The position numbers and the translations under genes were made by a program. A DNA stretch of 64,000 nucleotides from Polyangiales bacterium (GTDB lineage Bacteria; Myxococcota_A; Polyangia; Polyangiales; Polyangiaceae). The stretch's first letter is position 1, and the number at the start of each line of letters is the position of its first letter. Below the pieces are notes generated by a model. It was not told the origin of the DNA. It saw only the letters and a program-made list of their open reading frames with translations, and ran no database searches. This document shows positions 63,597 through 64,000 of the stretch, in pieces. The DNA lies in assembly GCA_038230375.1 (NCBI GenBank), contig JBBRNJ010000011.1, forward strand, positions 32,001 through 96,000. The letters run 5' to 3'.

Positions 63597-64000
63597 CCGA
63601 GCCCATCCATGCCTGGCGCGCGCGAGGCGAGACCCTCCGCGTGCCGGACGGGGATGTGTTCGCGCTCTCTTGCGCGGGCGAGCCTGGCGCCGAGAAGCGC
63701 ACGCCCGTCCTGGTCCTTCATGGCTTCCCCACGTCCAGCCACGACTTCGCGTCGGCCTTCGCGGAGGTGCCGGGCAGACGCTTCGTCACGCTGGATTTCC
63801 TGGGCTACGGCCTCTCCGACAAGCCCGTGGGCTACGGCTATTCGCTCTTCGAACAGGCCGACCTGGTGCTCGCGGTGGTGAAGCACTTCAAGCTGACGCG
63901 CGTGCATGTCTGGGCGCACGACATGGGTACCAGCGTTGCGACCGAGCTCTGCGCGCGGCGCGAAAGGGGGCTGCTCCCGTTCGAGATGAAGAGCCTCACG
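63593..64000 (+). CDS. Alpha/beta-hydrolase, epoxide-hydrolase/MEST-like (runs off the window end)
   Basis: Manual translation from ATG 63593: VLVLHGFPTSSHDF...DFLGYGLSDKP...AHDMG. Confidence 0.9.
   Translation, partial: MTEPIHAWRARGETLRVPDGDVFALSCAGEPGAEKRTPVLVLHGFPTSSHDFASAFAEVPGRRFVTLDFLGYGLSDKPVGYGYSLFEQADLVLAVVKHFKLTRVHVWAHDMGTSVATELCARRERGLLPFEMKSLT

Noticed and set aside
1..64000. tRNA, rRNA, integrase, transposase or prophage genes
   Set aside because: No recognisable signatures were seen by eye; tRNAscan-SE and HMM searches were not run.

Overview
A high-GC, gene-dense bacterial chromosomal window. Eukaryote-like Ser/Thr kinases, Cys-rich lipoproteins and a sigma54-like promoter suggest Myxococcota, possibly Polyangiales; this is inference only. 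I can support about 63 CDSs. I saw no rRNA, tRNA, CRISPR array, transposase or integrase. The main candidate for an undescribed system is a ~14-kb locus (481-14095, possibly to 16448). There glycogen synthase (glgA) sits among four ATP-grasp ligases, a glutamate-cysteine-ligase-family (GCS2)/CBS fusion, two alpha/beta-hydrolases (one with a CBM48-like N-terminus), an atypical peptidase-S51/GATase-like protein and an M14 deacylase. This looks like a ligase-plus-hydrolase pathway for an unknown peptide or amino-acylated product tied to glycogen. Other notable signals: (1) a stand-alone PPDK-type phospho-His swivel domain with the catalytic His replaced by Asp; (2) a (GARGTC)n hexamer tract at three loci, twice intergenic right after stop codons and once inside a gene as a Thr/Ser linker; (3) two long palindromic intergenic elements sharing a 31-nt core hairpin with compensatory changes; (4) repeated leaderless-type -10 boxes 7-8 nt before start codons; (5) an eroded toxin/immunity remnant. 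The rest is ordinary housekeeping: apt, surE, pepP, dus, an rlmN-like gene, an Hsp20 pair, an EmrAB-type pump, glpD and Moco biosynthesis genes. All calls come from motif recognition by eye, without database searches. Several start codons were re-picked relative to the ORF track.
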